In this document: positions 1 to 10,593 of the stretch, one piece after another
Layout: each line of letters begins with the position of its first letter
Numbering within the stretch: the stretch's first letter is position 1
Assembly: GCF_000025945.1 (NCBI RefSeq)
Contig: NC_006138.1
Span: 2,280,001-2,312,000, forward strand
Direction of reading: 5' to 3'
Length of the DNA stretch: 32,000 nt
Origin: Desulfotalea psychrophila LSv54
Lineage (GTDB): Bacteria > Desulfobacterota > Desulfobulbia > Desulfobulbales > Desulfocapsaceae
The notes under the pieces: generated by a model
What the model was told of the DNA's origin: nothing
Databases searched by the model: none
Seen by the model: only the letters and a program-made list of their open reading frames with translations
Translations under genes and position numbers: made by a program

Positions 1-575
1 AGAATATTCCGCACCCGCTACGGCAACGCTTTCACCAACGACCAAACTACGAAGAAAAACATTTGGGGAAACATTGTCTACCCAAGCAGTGTTGTATAGC
101 ATTAAAAGCGGAGCAGGGGCGGTAGGAGCCGCTGGATTGTAGTGCGACGCAAGTGAAAACTTACCATAGCCAACAGTTACACCAGCTTTAAGCACGGAAG
201 GGGCACCTATTGTAATTGCGTAGGTGCTTTTGTCGTAACTTATTTTGCAAGCTTCTAACCTGCCGTCGGTTGAATACGCCAGAACAAAGCTACCACTATT
301 TGAGTCCCATTCTAGGGCAACGAAATCAATATCTTCAAACGGTGTGGGGATTTCAAACATTACCTCCCCACGGGCAACTGCGCTAAACACGCCATCTGCC
401 TCTGTCATTTCTACTAAGCTCAGTCGCCCCTTAGCTCCATCCAGATTCCAATAAGATGACTCGTCAGCAAAGTTTAAAATGAAGTTGTTCGCTCTGTCGG
501 TAGCCGTATGGAGTTGTGCTGGAAATATGGCCGAAGGCGATTCTAGCCCCGGATTAACTATTTCTATTGTCATGA
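1..575 (-). CDS. Phage virion-associated/unknown protein, partial (runs off the left edge)
   Basis: Not in the ORF track because it has no stop in the window. Manual reverse-strand translation from ATG at 575..573 is open to base 1 (MTIEIVNPGLESPSAIFPAQLHTATDRANNFILNFADESSYWNLDGAKGRLSLVEM...). Co-directional with the following phage genes. Confidence 0.7.
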
Positions 576-632
576 TATTTACCTTTTAAAATTATCGTAA
601 AACATATTAATCTATCCCTAACCCCTCGCTAC

Positions 633-1082
633 CTATGCTGGTGGATTATTGACATTCAGAGTCACGATAATACTCTGGCCCATATCAACAGTTACATTTT
701 CAAGCAACAGATCGGCATCGGCCACACCGACAGAACCATCCCATCGAACAGCAACATCGGACGCATCGGTGATTTCGTCTTTATCGTAAAAACGGAACCA
801 AGTTGCCTCACCCGTAGCAACCCAAGTGCCCTTCCATTCTTCTCCTTCGGCAGGGCTAATTACGCCATCTACCGGAGAACCAAAATTGAGACCATTTGTC
901 ACCTCCCCAGGAGTATGCGCCAAACCATCTACTGTGATAATTCCGAGCAGCGTTCCCGCCTCTGCATCATCTGCTGAGGCAGGTTGCGTTCCGCTGTAGA
1001 TATGAAGAACGCCACCGGCAAACCGAGCGGCAAAGGCAATAAGCTCAGCCAAGATCATTCCTTTTGCTTTTTTCACACTCAT
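633..1082 (-). CDS. Hypothetical phage structural-region protein
   Basis: 149-aa ORF in a tightly packed minus-strand phage gene series. Confidence 0.6.
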   Translation of the reverse strand: MSVKKAKGMILAELIAFAARFAGGVLHIYSGTQPASADDAEAGTLLGIITVDGLAHTPGEVTNGLNFGSPVDGVISPAEGEEWKGTWVATGEATWFRFYDKDEITDASDVAVRWDGSVGVADADLLLENVTVDMGQSIIVTLNVNNPPA

Positions 1083-1100
1083 TATATAATCCCTCTGTTG

Positions 1101-1502
1101 TTACTGGCCTTCATTAAGGGCCAAAATCCCGTTTTCAAAACCGTTACAGTAGAAAACGTTGCTCCCCAGGAGCGTATAGGAAATTCGTGCGCCTTGTGTT
1201 AAAGCAGAACGAATACCCTGTTTAGTTATCCCGTTAGCATTTGTTTGTATGAAAAATAAAGCCGTATCTGCTTCTCTATCTTCTGCAATAAAAAAATTAT
1301 CCCCCAAGGGAAACATCGAATGATAAGCACCCTCAGCCAACTTCTTTACATCTAGGGCAGAAACAATAGCCCCGGTATGGTCTATCTCAATATCACGGCA
1401 ATCTTCTAGTGTTGATTGCCCTTTCGCAATGACTAATCTTGCCGGATCATCGACGTTATTCAGGCCTAAACAATTATTGTATAAAACGATATCATGGGCC
1501 AT
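1101..1502 (-). CDS. Hypothetical phage structural-region protein
   Basis: 133-aa ORF in the minus-strand phage series. Confidence 0.6.
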   Translation of the reverse strand: MAHDIVLYNNCLGLNNVDDPARLVIAKGQSTLEDCRDIEIDHTGAIVSALDVKKLAEGAYHSMFPLGDNFFIAEDREADTALFFIQTNANGITKQGIRSALTQGARISYTLLGSNVFYCNGFENGILALNEGQ

Positions 1503-1520
1503 ATTCTTTCCCCATAACGA

Positions 1521-2198
1521 TTACCATAAGTGATTACGATGTGGGCGATTCTGGCTATTAAGTCTCTGCCTGTTGGCCCTGAGCATATCGCCAAAATAAT
1601 CCTCAAATTTTTCCAGATGAACTGCGGCAACTTGTGGTGCATAGGAATCCAAATCAACATCGGAAAGAGCTAAATAAACAGCCCAATGATGCAACCTGCT
1701 ATGGTGTCTTTCAGAAATAACCGGCTCGCTATCCACATCATTCAGGGACAGCTTTTCGCTTGCAAGTGGCGTTCTGTACCCCTCCAATTCGATAATACCG
1801 CCACCAAAGGGGGGGGGCGGTAGAATAAATATTTTCTTATCGTCTGTGATAAGGAAAGCCGGGTCGCCCACAGCTTGAAGGTCGGGTAAGTTGTTGCGGA
1901 AAGAGAGGTCGCCACGGGAACGAATTTCCAAGTCAGTTCGTTGCCCGGAAGAATTAAGGAAATGGGCGATATCAATTTTATAAAGACTTCCGCTAATGTC
2001 AGCATGCAACTCCCCTTCCCTTAGAACGAGATTACTCAATCCATCAGTATTAGATTCAAAGATAAAATCCCTGCGAAGACAGGCCTCATCTATCGCAGCG
2101 TTAAAAAAGGACACAATGGTATCATCGTCCCAAAGATACGGAGTAACCTTATCACCAGTAACGCGCCTAAACTGAGCGACAAGGTCTGTAGTTTTCAT
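1521..2198 (-). CDS. Phage head-tail adaptor/connector-like protein
   Basis: 225-aa ORF with N-terminus LVAQFRRVTGDKVTPYLWDDDTIVSFFNAAIDEACLRRDFIF, resembling phage adaptor proteins; stop/start abuts the next gene at 2198. Confidence 0.5.
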   Translation of the reverse strand: MKTTDLVAQFRRVTGDKVTPYLWDDDTIVSFFNAAIDEACLRRDFIFESNTDGLSNLVLREGELHADISGSLYKIDIAHFLNSSGQRTDLEIRSRGDLSFRNNLPDLQAVGDPAFLITDDKKIFILPPPPFGGGIIELEGYRTPLASEKLSLNDVDSEPVISERHHSRLHHWAVYLALSDVDLDSYAPQVAAVHLEKFEDYFGDMLRANRQRLNSQNRPHRNHLW

Positions 2199-2788
2199 TA
2201 CGCCAACCCAAACTGATTAACAAGATTTCTCGCCAAATCTTTATAGACATCGAGTTTTTCAGTTTTTTCTAGCTCAATTTTATAGTTGGGGAAATTTGCC
2301 AAGATAAAGTCAACAACAGTTTTTTTGCTGGTCATAGAGTCCATCACCATCAACGAATCTTCTACTTCATCTTGCTTTCTTTTCGCTTCCTCAGTTTTCT
2401 TATTCTCGAAGTGGGATTTTCCCACTTTGGGAAAAGTTGCAGAAGCCGTAGCACCTCCTTCGTCAACGACATAAACACTTGTGTGAACGAGCATCTTTGT
2501 GGCTATTGACAGGGGCACCCGCTTTATCTGGTCTTTTTCCCACATGCCAGTGCCAAACAAAGAATCGTTATAAAGCTTTCTTTTCCCCACATAACGGACA
2601 AGAACCATCTCTTTTGATGGTAACCCTGGGATTGTTTTTGTCTCACTCTGCAAGGGCACAATTTTTGTTAGCACCTCTATCACCGCCTCAGTGATAAGCT
2701 CATCTATATTTTCCTCCTGAGCAGAGGAATCAAGCGTGTTAATGATCGCCTGTCGCAGACAATCTCTGTTTTTTGTAGAAATTTTCAT
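2198..2788 (-). CDS. Hypothetical phage protein
   Basis: 196-aa ORF contiguous with flanking phage genes. Confidence 0.6.
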   Translation of the reverse strand: MKISTKNRDCLRQAIINTLDSSAQEENIDELITEAVIEVLTKIVPLQSETKTIPGLPSKEMVLVRYVGKRKLYNDSLFGTGMWEKDQIKRVPLSIATKMLVHTSVYVVDEGGATASATFPKVGKSHFENKKTEEAKRKQDEVEDSLMVMDSMTSKKTVVDFILANFPNYKIELEKTEKLDVYKDLARNLVNQFGLA

Positions 2789-2889
2789 TGGTGGCCCTTG
2801 TTGTTCGAATAATCGTTAAAAGTATGATCAAAAAAAAGAGGTAAAAGGTTTCCCCTGCCTCTCTCCTGAATCAATACCCACAGCTATTT

Positions 2890-3363
2890 TTAGGAAATTC
2901 CCTGAACATAAAATTCAACTTTCCCGTCTGTAGCATGAGCCGCGCCTTTAGCAGTCAAAACCAAATAAGCATTTTTAGGCATTCGTACCGATCCTTTAGC
3001 GACAGTACGACGAATAACTGCGACAGCCGCACTAGAAGCACCGGCAAAGAGATAGGCCAAATCTTGTGGCACCTCGGCAGAATCATCCCCATCGACATAT
3101 TCAAAACCAAGATTAAAAGCGGTCTGGGCAGTACAGGCATTGGTAACAATAGCAACAGCATCAACCAGCTTTGTTCCAGCCTCAATAACACCCAAGATAA
3201 CCTTATCGTTAACGGCAACGGCATTGATAGAATTGCCATTGGCAACGGCTCCGGTAGCATCTACTTCAAACCCATATTTAAGGGCTGTCACATTTCCATA
3301 AGGTGTACCACCAAACCCTGGATCTGGAAGATGGTGGGCATTTTTTATTGTAATAGTAGGCAT
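2890..3363 (-). CDS. Hypothetical phage virion protein (small, downstream of major capsid)
   Basis: 157-aa ORF next to the capsid gene in the structural cluster. Confidence 0.6.
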   Translation of the reverse strand: MPTITIKNAHHLPDPGFGGTPYGNVTALKYGFEVDATGAVANGNSINAVAVNDKVILGVIEAGTKLVDAVAIVTNACTAQTAFNLGFEYVDGDDSAEVPQDLAYLFAGASSAAVAVIRRTVAKGSVRMPKNAYLVLTAKGAAHATDGKVEFYVQGIS

Positions 3364-3428
3364 AATGTCTCCTTTTATTTTATAGGTTCACCCTGCCAGA
3401 AAAGTTTTTATAGAGCAGGGTGAAATTT

Positions 3429-4703
3429 TTAGATTTTTACGGCAGTATCAATGGCAATGATACCGTGATCGGTAGGTTGTTTTCCGTCTGCGCCATAATC
3501 AACTTCAAAGCGAATTTTGGATTTACCGTCAATCATTCCTGCCAGAATTTCCAGTTTATCGCCATGATCCAACTCTTTTTCGCTCCAAAAATAGGGCACG
3601 CCTGATTTTTGATGCTTACCAAGTGCCTGGGCAAGAGCCTGACCACCAAGAAGGAGGGCACGATCAACGGCATAACCCGCTGCTGCAAAAGAAGCAGGGA
3701 CGAGATCGGTGGTGGTTTCTGCAGAAGAGTTAATGTTGGCACACCAGTTAATAGGATCACCGGCAAAGAAGCGAATCGGCTTAGGCATCTTGACAATTAA
3801 GATACCGTTCCACAATCCAGCCTCACCTTTAAACAGTGGGTTTCCACCCGCTGTTGAAGCCCTTTGCATAGCGTTAGCCTGTAGGGTACGAAAATTACCG
3901 GAGGCAATAAAAGACGCATACTGTTGGGGAGTTGCTAAACAGACACGAAGAGGATCATCACTCGCCATACTATCACCATGAAATTTAACAGGTGGTGGAG
4001 GCAGGGGCATAGAATCTACCACAGCTCTCAAAGCATCCATTAAACCGAACTGCATAACATCGGTAGTTTCGATGTTAATTTCACCAGCCGTGGCGCTGAC
4101 TTTTTCCAGATAACCACCGTTGGCTATAAAATGACGGTTGCCAGAAGGAGCCCGAACCGGATTAATACAGGTAGCAGTAAAATCAGAATCGGAGGCCAGG
4201 GGAACAACCCATTCAATGTTGTTATGGAACCCACGGGCACCGGCCATGTGTACCAGGGTTAGCTGGTCTTCGAGATTTTCCATATAGCCATACCCCGCTG
4301 CTCGCGCCAGGGTTCGTAGCTGATGCGGAGTACGCTGTTGGGTCATGGTGTCACCAGCATTGATAGGTTTCCGTGTCTGGTTAATACGGAGTTTATCATT
4401 GCTGAAAGTCATGGAAACGCCACGGCCCTCGGCCATATCACCGCCCATAATGGGTTTGCCCCCGATGGGATTGATCAGATCAAAAGTAACCTCATCCCCT
4501 GCACTTTTTTGCAGATCACGGCAACGGACGATGGGCATATCGGTCGAGGTTTGATTACGCAGATTTTTTTCCGCCCCTTTCTGGGTAGGAAACTTGCCCG
4601 CTAGACGATTAAGGTTGGTTTGGCGTTGAGTGGTCGCGGCAAATAAACCGACGGCCTGTTTTGTACATGCTATGGGGTCACCATAGGGTATATTGGTAGG
4701 CAT
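3429..4703 (-). CDS. Major capsid protein, N4-gp56-like family
   Basis: 424 aa; contains GGDMAEGRGVSMTFSNDKLRINQTRKPINAGDTMTQQRTPHQLRTLAR, characteristic of N4-gp56-like capsids; correct position after scaffold and portal. Confidence 0.8.
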   Translation of the reverse strand: MPTNIPYGDPIACTKQAVGLFAATTQRQTNLNRLAGKFPTQKGAEKNLRNQTSTDMPIVRCRDLQKSAGDEVTFDLINPIGGKPIMGGDMAEGRGVSMTFSNDKLRINQTRKPINAGDTMTQQRTPHQLRTLARAAGYGYMENLEDQLTLVHMAGARGFHNNIEWVVPLASDSDFTATCINPVRAPSGNRHFIANGGYLEKVSATAGEINIETTDVMQFGLMDALRAVVDSMPLPPPPVKFHGDSMASDDPLRVCLATPQQYASFIASGNFRTLQANAMQRASTAGGNPLFKGEAGLWNGILIVKMPKPIRFFAGDPINWCANINSSAETTTDLVPASFAAAGYAVDRALLLGGQALAQALGKHQKSGVPYFWSEKELDHGDKLEILAGMIDGKSKIRFEVDYGADGKQPTDHGIIAIDTAVKI

Positions 4704-4817
4704 ATTCGTACCTCTCTAAATTTTTGGCACAAAAAAAGCCCCTTACTATTTTTAGTGAGGGGCTACTGAATAAAGGCAAAACTGTGGGGCATCAAAAAAG
4801 CCCTTAGCTGGAATCAG

Positions 4818-5789
4818 CTAAAGGCTTCGGGATAAATATTCTTCAATATCATCAGGACTCATACTCTCCATGGTGGACATCAGGTTTATGGCATTTGTCT
4901 CATTATCAAGCAGTGACAACTTATCTGCCTGGGTCGATGCCCCTGGCACATCACTTAAACTCTGCATCTCTGCTGGCTTTTTTGCTTCGGCCATGGCCGC
5001 TTGGGCAATTTCTTCTGCTGTTTGCTTTGGTGCTTCTGCCGCTTTTTCAGGGTCACCTTTTTCGGCTGTATCGTCATTTTCAACGGTAAGGGAGTCCTGA
5101 TAACGCGATACAACAAGAGCAATTGCTTCAGGGTCAGCTACCTGCTCCACGGCCCGGACATCGGCAGGTTGTTTGTCAAACCATTCCCAAAAAAGTGGGT
5201 CGTTTTTTGCCTCAAGGTAAAAGGGATTAAACTCCGCCACGGCCTGATCGAACTGACTTTGTTGAGTATTGTTTTCCTCCTGTTCCTGGGCCAGCTGTTT
5301 TTCCTTCATCATCGCCTGAAATCTTTCGGCAATTTCTGGATAATCTTCTGCCAGTTCTACAAGCTCTGCTTCATCAAGCTCAGGCAACTTTGCAGCAGCC
5401 ACCTGCTTGCTTGTTGCTAACTCCGCCTCAAGTGTCTTTACTCTGGCACGCTCACTTTCAAGTTCGGAGAAGGGGATGTGATGCACCCCGTCTTTAGCCA
5501 TAACGACAGTTTCTTGATCAGTCGCATTTTCTTCAGACCTTGCGGGCTCTTTAACCATTGCTGGATCTTCAACGGCTAAAGGGTTTTCGTCAGGTACAGG
5601 ATTGGCTAGCTCTTGATCCGAGGGGCGCGACTCCTCATCCGCTATAACATCGACTGCAGCAGTATCGCCTTCGGGTATCAAACCCGTATCAAGATATTCT
5701 GACATAATCGTGTCGGGAATATTGCCATTTTCATCCCCATACTGCTCCACTAATTCGTCAAAGTTATTACCAGCATTTTCAACACTCAT
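4818..5789 (-). CDS. Acidic, Glu/Gln-rich protein, probable scaffold
   Basis: 323 aa, highly acidic and coiled-coil-like, between portal and major capsid. Confidence 0.55.
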   Translation of the reverse strand: MSVENAGNNFDELVEQYGDENGNIPDTIMSEYLDTGLIPEGDTAAVDVIADEESRPSDQELANPVPDENPLAVEDPAMVKEPARSEENATDQETVVMAKDGVHHIPFSELESERARVKTLEAELATSKQVAAAKLPELDEAELVELAEDYPEIAERFQAMMKEKQLAQEQEENNTQQSQFDQAVAEFNPFYLEAKNDPLFWEWFDKQPADVRAVEQVADPEAIALVVSRYQDSLTVENDDTAEKGDPEKAAEAPKQTAEEIAQAAMAEAKKPAEMQSLSDVPGASTQADKLSLLDNETNAINLMSTMESMSPDDIEEYLSRSL

Positions 5790-5959
5790 ATCTACACTCC
5801 CTTGCTAGATATCGCCCTAGCTGCGAAATTCAGGAGACAAAAAACCGATCACCACAATTAGTTAGAGGCAAAGGGCAACGCTTCTTGATTTTTTGGCACA
5901 AAAAAACGCCCATATCCATGAAGAGAGAGGGCGTTTAAATAATTTTTTACTTAATGACT

Positions 5960-8260
5960 TTAAATAACAGGAGATTCTATCCCTCTGTTCACCTCCTCAT
6001 CGGCTTCTGCCATTGTGTCTAGCTGTTGTGTCTGAGGTTCATGTACCCTGTCTTCCTGTACTCGAGGAGGAAATAGGGGACTGGTGTTCTGGGTAACCCC
6101 GTCCGGTACACTGTTGGGTACGCCGTTGGGTACGCCGTTGGGTACGCCGTTGGGTACGCCGTTGGGTACGCCGTTGGGTACAGTGATGGGACCGGCGATA
6201 TCCACAAGTGGTGGTTCATCTTTGTCCTCTGCCCCAGCGCTATGAAGAATCTGATCGGCAGAGGCCGCCACTCCACTATTTGTGGTGACCTGCAGGCCGG
6301 CTTGGATAGCTGAGTAAATACCTTCAATCCTGTTATTGACTTGTTCGGTAATAATTTTTTCTATCTCGGCCTCGGTCTTGCGTTCTTTCAGCTCAAGCTC
6401 TTTGGTCTTTAGCTCAATCATAAGCTCTGTTTTGGTCTTCTCAATAGCTTGCTTGATCCGCTCCTGCACCTGCTCTTCCGTAATTTTGGATCCATCCCGA
6501 AGTTCAACCATTGCCTCGATAATTGCGTCCTTGTTAGGGATATCAAGAAACTCTGCAAGATAAGGCATAAGGGCTTTTTGGTAATCATCGGGCAGAGATT
6601 TCATAACCTCCTGCAACAGTGTTCTGTTCTGGGCTTTATAAGAGGCCGTGCTTGGGATCTCACACATGGTAACCCGTAGCCTGGTACGTAGTAAATTGTT
6701 GTTAAGTACCGTGACTCCCGTGCCTTTAAAATCAACTGGATCATTCAAGGCGATGATTTTGTTGTGCTGCAGAGGTTCTCGTTTAATCGTGACAATTTCT
6801 CTTTTTGTTCCAATATCTTTAATAATCAAAGAGAGAAGCAGTTCGCCGACCTGTTGCCGAGACCACTTATAATTATCGAAAAATTTTGCAATGGCCTGCA
6901 GGCTATGGTGAACCTCCCCACTTTTTACCTGGCTGATATCAACCCGCATATCAACTGCCGGTTGCTCTAGTGCCTGGGTGGATTGTTGGAAAAACAGAAT
7001 AAGATCTCGTAATCGGGCCTCCTGCTGAGAGTTAATGGCCTCATTATGATTAACCTCAAATTTGGCCCCAAGTTTAGCCATCTCTTTTTGGTTCAGAATA
7101 ATATCAGCATCGGGTCTGCCACACTCTTCTCTAAACTGATCATCCGTCATGGCCACTGCCCCATCCGTTCGTACTGTGCGGGTGGCGGATAAAGCCCATT
7201 GTTGTTTGGCTATGCGAGCATTTACCTCGTCCTGGGGGAAGATGAGATCACGAATCATCCCGTAAGGAATATTGGTTCGATCCTCTCTGATCCCCCAAAA
7301 AGGGACATAGTTAAAACGATCAAATTCACTCTTTTTCTTTCCAAGAAGATGAGGTCCAAGAAAAAAGTAGGTGGTTATTTTTGAAACAAAATGGCTTTCC
7401 AATTTCCGCCCAGCTTTCAGGGCAATAATGTGTTCTGGCCGGTGTAAATTGAACTCCACAACACGATTATCACTCAGCCGCAAAATATAAATATTTACCC
7501 GTTCACGCTTCTGTACCTCAAAGAGACAAACACGATCGTTGTCAGGGGCACGCCACTCCTGTTCATCAACGTCCCATCCTCGCTCAATTTCCCAGGATTG
7601 AAAGAGGTTGATGTTGTCGCTATCGTTTGTAGCAAAGCTCAGTTGGTCAAAACCACCCCATGAGTTCCTTACTTGGTCACAGAGATCTTTTTTGCCGGGG
7701 AACATCGACTTAACCACATTGATATCTGTCCAACGTTTTCGTAGCAGCCAACGGGCATCGGAAAGGTCAGGTTCCTTTGCCAGATGATCCCAAAAAATTT
7801 CTCCCCGGTGCACAGCCAGGCATCTATAGGGGAATTTAAAGGGGTTTGTTTCACGGCTAACCTCAACCCAACCAAGGCCTGCCCCTATTTGTGGTTCAAA
7901 GGCCATTAGGCAGGAAGTATCCATATTACTTCGACGTTCGGCCTGATTGATTTTGTAGTTGAGAGCTTCTGCAATCTCTTCAGTATCTTCCCCTTCAACA
8001 TCGGGTAAAATTTTCAGGTCAGTCTTGTTATTAATCTGAAATCCAATAGCAGCATTGACTAATGGCCCAATCATGTTTTGTGTAGCGGGAGGAATACCCT
8101 TCGCCTCAAGAGCTAAAAGGGTATCAGAATCAAGTTGATTGCCATCCTTATAATCCATGGCCTTATCCGCTTGGATACGCCAGAGTGGTTGTTCTCTGAT
8201 TTCATCTAAAATGCTCGCCAGTAACTCACTCTCAGTACGGCCAGTATTTTTTTCAGTCAT
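5960..8260 (-). CDS. Phage portal protein (P22-like) with C-terminal (PNGV)n extension
   Basis: 766 aa; P22-type portal features (ATQNMIGPLVNAAIGFQINNKTDLKILP, RCLAVHRGEIFWDHLAKEPDLSDARWLLRKRWTD); adjacent to the large terminase. Confidence 0.75.
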   Translation of the reverse strand: MTEKNTGRTESELLASILDEIREQPLWRIQADKAMDYKDGNQLDSDTLLALEAKGIPPATQNMIGPLVNAAIGFQINNKTDLKILPDVEGEDTEEIAEALNYKINQAERRSNMDTSCLMAFEPQIGAGLGWVEVSRETNPFKFPYRCLAVHRGEIFWDHLAKEPDLSDARWLLRKRWTDINVVKSMFPGKKDLCDQVRNSWGGFDQLSFATNDSDNINLFQSWEIERGWDVDEQEWRAPDNDRVCLFEVQKRERVNIYILRLSDNRVVEFNLHRPEHIIALKAGRKLESHFVSKITTYFFLGPHLLGKKKSEFDRFNYVPFWGIREDRTNIPYGMIRDLIFPQDEVNARIAKQQWALSATRTVRTDGAVAMTDDQFREECGRPDADIILNQKEMAKLGAKFEVNHNEAINSQQEARLRDLILFFQQSTQALEQPAVDMRVDISQVKSGEVHHSLQAIAKFFDNYKWSRQQVGELLLSLIIKDIGTKREIVTIKREPLQHNKIIALNDPVDFKGTGVTVLNNNLLRTRLRVTMCEIPSTASYKAQNRTLLQEVMKSLPDDYQKALMPYLAEFLDIPNKDAIIEAMVELRDGSKITEEQVQERIKQAIEKTKTELMIELKTKELELKERKTEAEIEKIITEQVNNRIEGIYSAIQAGLQVTTNSGVAASADQILHSAGAEDKDEPPLVDIAGPITVPNGVPNGVPNGVPNGVPNGVPNSVPDGVTQNTSPLFPPRVQEDRVHEPQTQQLDTMAEADEEVNRGIESPVI
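6106..6192 (-). repeat. 12-bp tandem repeat in the portal gene 3' region
   Basis: gttgggtacgcc repeated in tandem with degenerate flanking units, encoding (VPNG)n. Confidence 0.85.
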
Positions 8261-9847
8261 TTAAACTGCCCTCCAATTAACAGGTCTACGGTGTCTCTGG
8301 CTACTATTCTGTGCCGATCTTTCTCCTGCCGCGCCCATAGAACCATAGGCGTTTAAACCACGAACAAGAGTTTCAAATGCGTCATAACCGTGTGAAGCCC
8401 AATCGTGTCGTGGCCGATCTTTCCAACATCCATTGTTCTCGTCCCATTCACGCCGGTAATTTCGTAAACACTTTAGGCCGTCAGCCGCGCCCTTATTGCC
8501 AACACCGCACCCTCTTTTGCTAAAAAATGCCTTGGGAAGCCAAGACCGTGCTTCGGCAATTGCGGCCGTCTTATCATCTATTCGAGGAATAATTTGGCTG
8601 TTTTTCATCCCCGCTTCTATGAGAATATCTTCTAATGTTTTGGGCGGAGAGGCGGCACTGCTCGCTGTTCCTCCACGACGATAACCAAAATCATGGGGAA
8701 GAAAATGATAGCCCCACACACAGTTAAAATCTCTGTTCAGCTTGGCCCAATAGTACAAAACATCTTCATCGGTCCCCGTGAGATAACCGATCAGTCTGTC
8801 TTGAAACTCCACCCGTTGGTGCAACCAGACTGTCATGTTGTCATTTAACCCAAAATCCCAGCCGGTATTTACAGGAAAAGCAGGTTCAAGCAGGATCTCC
8901 TCAATAAGTCGTCCGGATTTATCAAGGACACTCAGCTGTTTGGAAAGATACGCTCCCTGAATAGATGATTGAAACGCCTCGTCGGCTGTCCCAGGAAACT
9001 CCCGTTTCATATCATCCTTTTGCTGTGCCGATTTCTCTGCATACCAGGCCCGTTTTTTCTTGCCGATTTTTAAACCAATGATCTTTTCCAGGTCGTCACA
9101 GTATTTATCCACCTCAGCAGGGATATAAATTCCATCGGGGTCCTGCTCGTTTTCCGTTCCCATCCACCACGCAAAAAAATGAAATTTATAGGCAAGTTTG
9201 CTGAGCTTGGCTCCTTGGTTGGCCTTCTCCCGGGCGGTAACACAATCTTCATAAAACTCCCCAGCATTACCTTCGGCCGTAGATTCATTAAAGACAAAAC
9301 AGCCAGCCTTTAAGGTATTCAGTGCACCCGTTCTGATTTCTCTTGCTCGAACGGGAAAACGTGTGGCAATTTTACCCATCTCAGAGATATGAAGCGCCTG
9401 CAGGGTTCCACCACGATGGGAGATAGCGGCATAAACAGCAGACCCGTTCTTCCATTCAATAGTTTCTTTTGAATCAGTTTTAAGAGGGAACATTTTTTGT
9501 AGAAATTCAGGTAAACACTCGTAGGCAAAACTGATTTTCCCAAGTTTTTTCTTGGCATCAGCGAGAGTAATATCAATAACACCTGCTTGAGTACCGCTCT
9601 TAAAAAGACAGGTGTCCAGGATGATTATAGCGATGAGGGTAGAAAAACCCCGCTGCCGATCTTTCAAAATGATGTTCATATACCACATGGCATTCCAAAA
9701 CATCTCCTGGCTCTCGTTACGAATAAATTTGACCTTTTTGCCATCCTTGTCCCGCACATAGTACAGGTTGTCGATTCTCCACTCTCTGTCTCCCAGACGA
9801 GATAAAATCTCCTGTTCTTCGGCCGGTGGATTATTGTGAGCCGTCAC
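8261..9847 (-). CDS. terL: Phage terminase large subunit
   Basis: Track ORF runs to 9961, but a GTG at 9847 (VTAHNNPPAEEQEIL...) has an AGGAGG-like RBS immediately upstream and overlaps the small-subunit stop by only ~17 nt. Position between terS and portal and the C-terminal nuclease-like region (NTGWDFGLNDNMTVWLHQ) support terL. Confidence 0.75.
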   Translation of the reverse strand: MTAHNNPPAEEQEILSRLGDREWRIDNLYYVRDKDGKKVKFIRNESQEMFWNAMWYMNIILKDRQRGFSTLIAIIILDTCLFKSGTQAGVIDITLADAKKKLGKISFAYECLPEFLQKMFPLKTDSKETIEWKNGSAVYAAISHRGGTLQALHISEMGKIATRFPVRAREIRTGALNTLKAGCFVFNESTAEGNAGEFYEDCVTAREKANQGAKLSKLAYKFHFFAWWMGTENEQDPDGIYIPAEVDKYCDDLEKIIGLKIGKKKRAWYAEKSAQQKDDMKREFPGTADEAFQSSIQGAYLSKQLSVLDKSGRLIEEILLEPAFPVNTGWDFGLNDNMTVWLHQRVEFQDRLIGYLTGTDEDVLYYWAKLNRDFNCVWGYHFLPHDFGYRRGGTASSAASPPKTLEDILIEAGMKNSQIIPRIDDKTAAIAEARSWLPKAFFSKRGCGVGNKGAADGLKCLRNYRREWDENNGCWKDRPRHDWASHGYDAFETLVRGLNAYGSMGAAGERSAQNSSQRHRRPVNWRAV

Positions 9848-10406
9848 CGCTTCCTCCTGGTAAACCGCATGTTTTACCGTCGAGAATATCAATAATATTT
9901 CGTAGCGTTTGATCTGTTGCAGAGAGTTCAACATGCTCACGGTAGGCAGAGACATCAACATGCCGACCTATGGCTTCAAGGTTTTTGAGCTTACTCGGCC
10001 ATTTGATTTTTATAATTTCACAGGGTGTATCACCTTTGATTTTTTGGATAACCTCAATCCCCTCAATGGTGACCCGCCATGCTCTGGGCCACTCCTCAAT
10101 ATCCTTAACCCGTCTGTTCTCATCAAGGATATCTATCACATCTAGTCCATCAATTTCTTCATGCCGCTCAAGGACTTTCTGGGCATCGTATTTGGCCTTT
10201 TCGATCTTCAACCTCACCAATTCACGTAATCGCTTCTGTAGTTCAGGTTTTTTCAGGTTCTCATGGCCCATGGAATAGGCACTATTGCTTTTATATCCTG
10301 CCGCCAATGCAGCCTTCGAAGCATTAAAATCCACCAAATACTCACTGCAAAAAAGCTCCTGTTTGGGAGTCAGTGTCGTGCCCGTTATTTTGTTTTTTCT
10401 CTTAGC
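9831..10406 (-). CDS. terS: Phage terminase small subunit
   Basis: TLTPKQELFCSEYLVDFNASKAALAAGYKSNSAYSMGHENLKKPELQKRL is typical of Terminase_2 small subunits; start trimmed from 10436 to MAKRKN. Confidence 0.85.
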   Translation of the reverse strand, partial: AKRKNKITGTTLTPKQELFCSEYLVDFNASKAALAAGYKSNSAYSMGHENLKKPELQKRLRELVRLKIEKAKYDAQKVLERHEEIDGLDVIDILDENRRVKDIEEWPRAWRVTIEGIEVIQKIKGDTPCEIIKIKWPSKLKNLEAIGRHVDVSAYREHVELSATDQTLRNIIDILDGKTCGLPGGSGDGSQ

Positions 10407-10587
10407 CATCTTTGAGCTCCTCAACCTTATGTTCATGAGAGAGACTTACGCCAACCCTGCGTAGACCACCTTGGCAGAGATCAAAGCGAAGAGAGAGTGA
10501 ACCACTAAAATCCTGCTCCAATTTCTCCAAGGCAGCATCAAGAGATGCCAGGGCTTTCTCTCGTAACCTGTTTTTTTTGAGAGTCAT
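10402..10587 (-). CDS. Small hypothetical phage protein
   Basis: 61-aa ORF overlapping the terS start in an operon-like arrangement. Confidence 0.4.
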   Translation of the reverse strand: MTLKKNRLREKALASLDAALEKLEQDFSGSLSLRFDLCQGGLRRVGVSLSHEHKVEELKDG

Positions 10588-10593
10588 TTGGTT

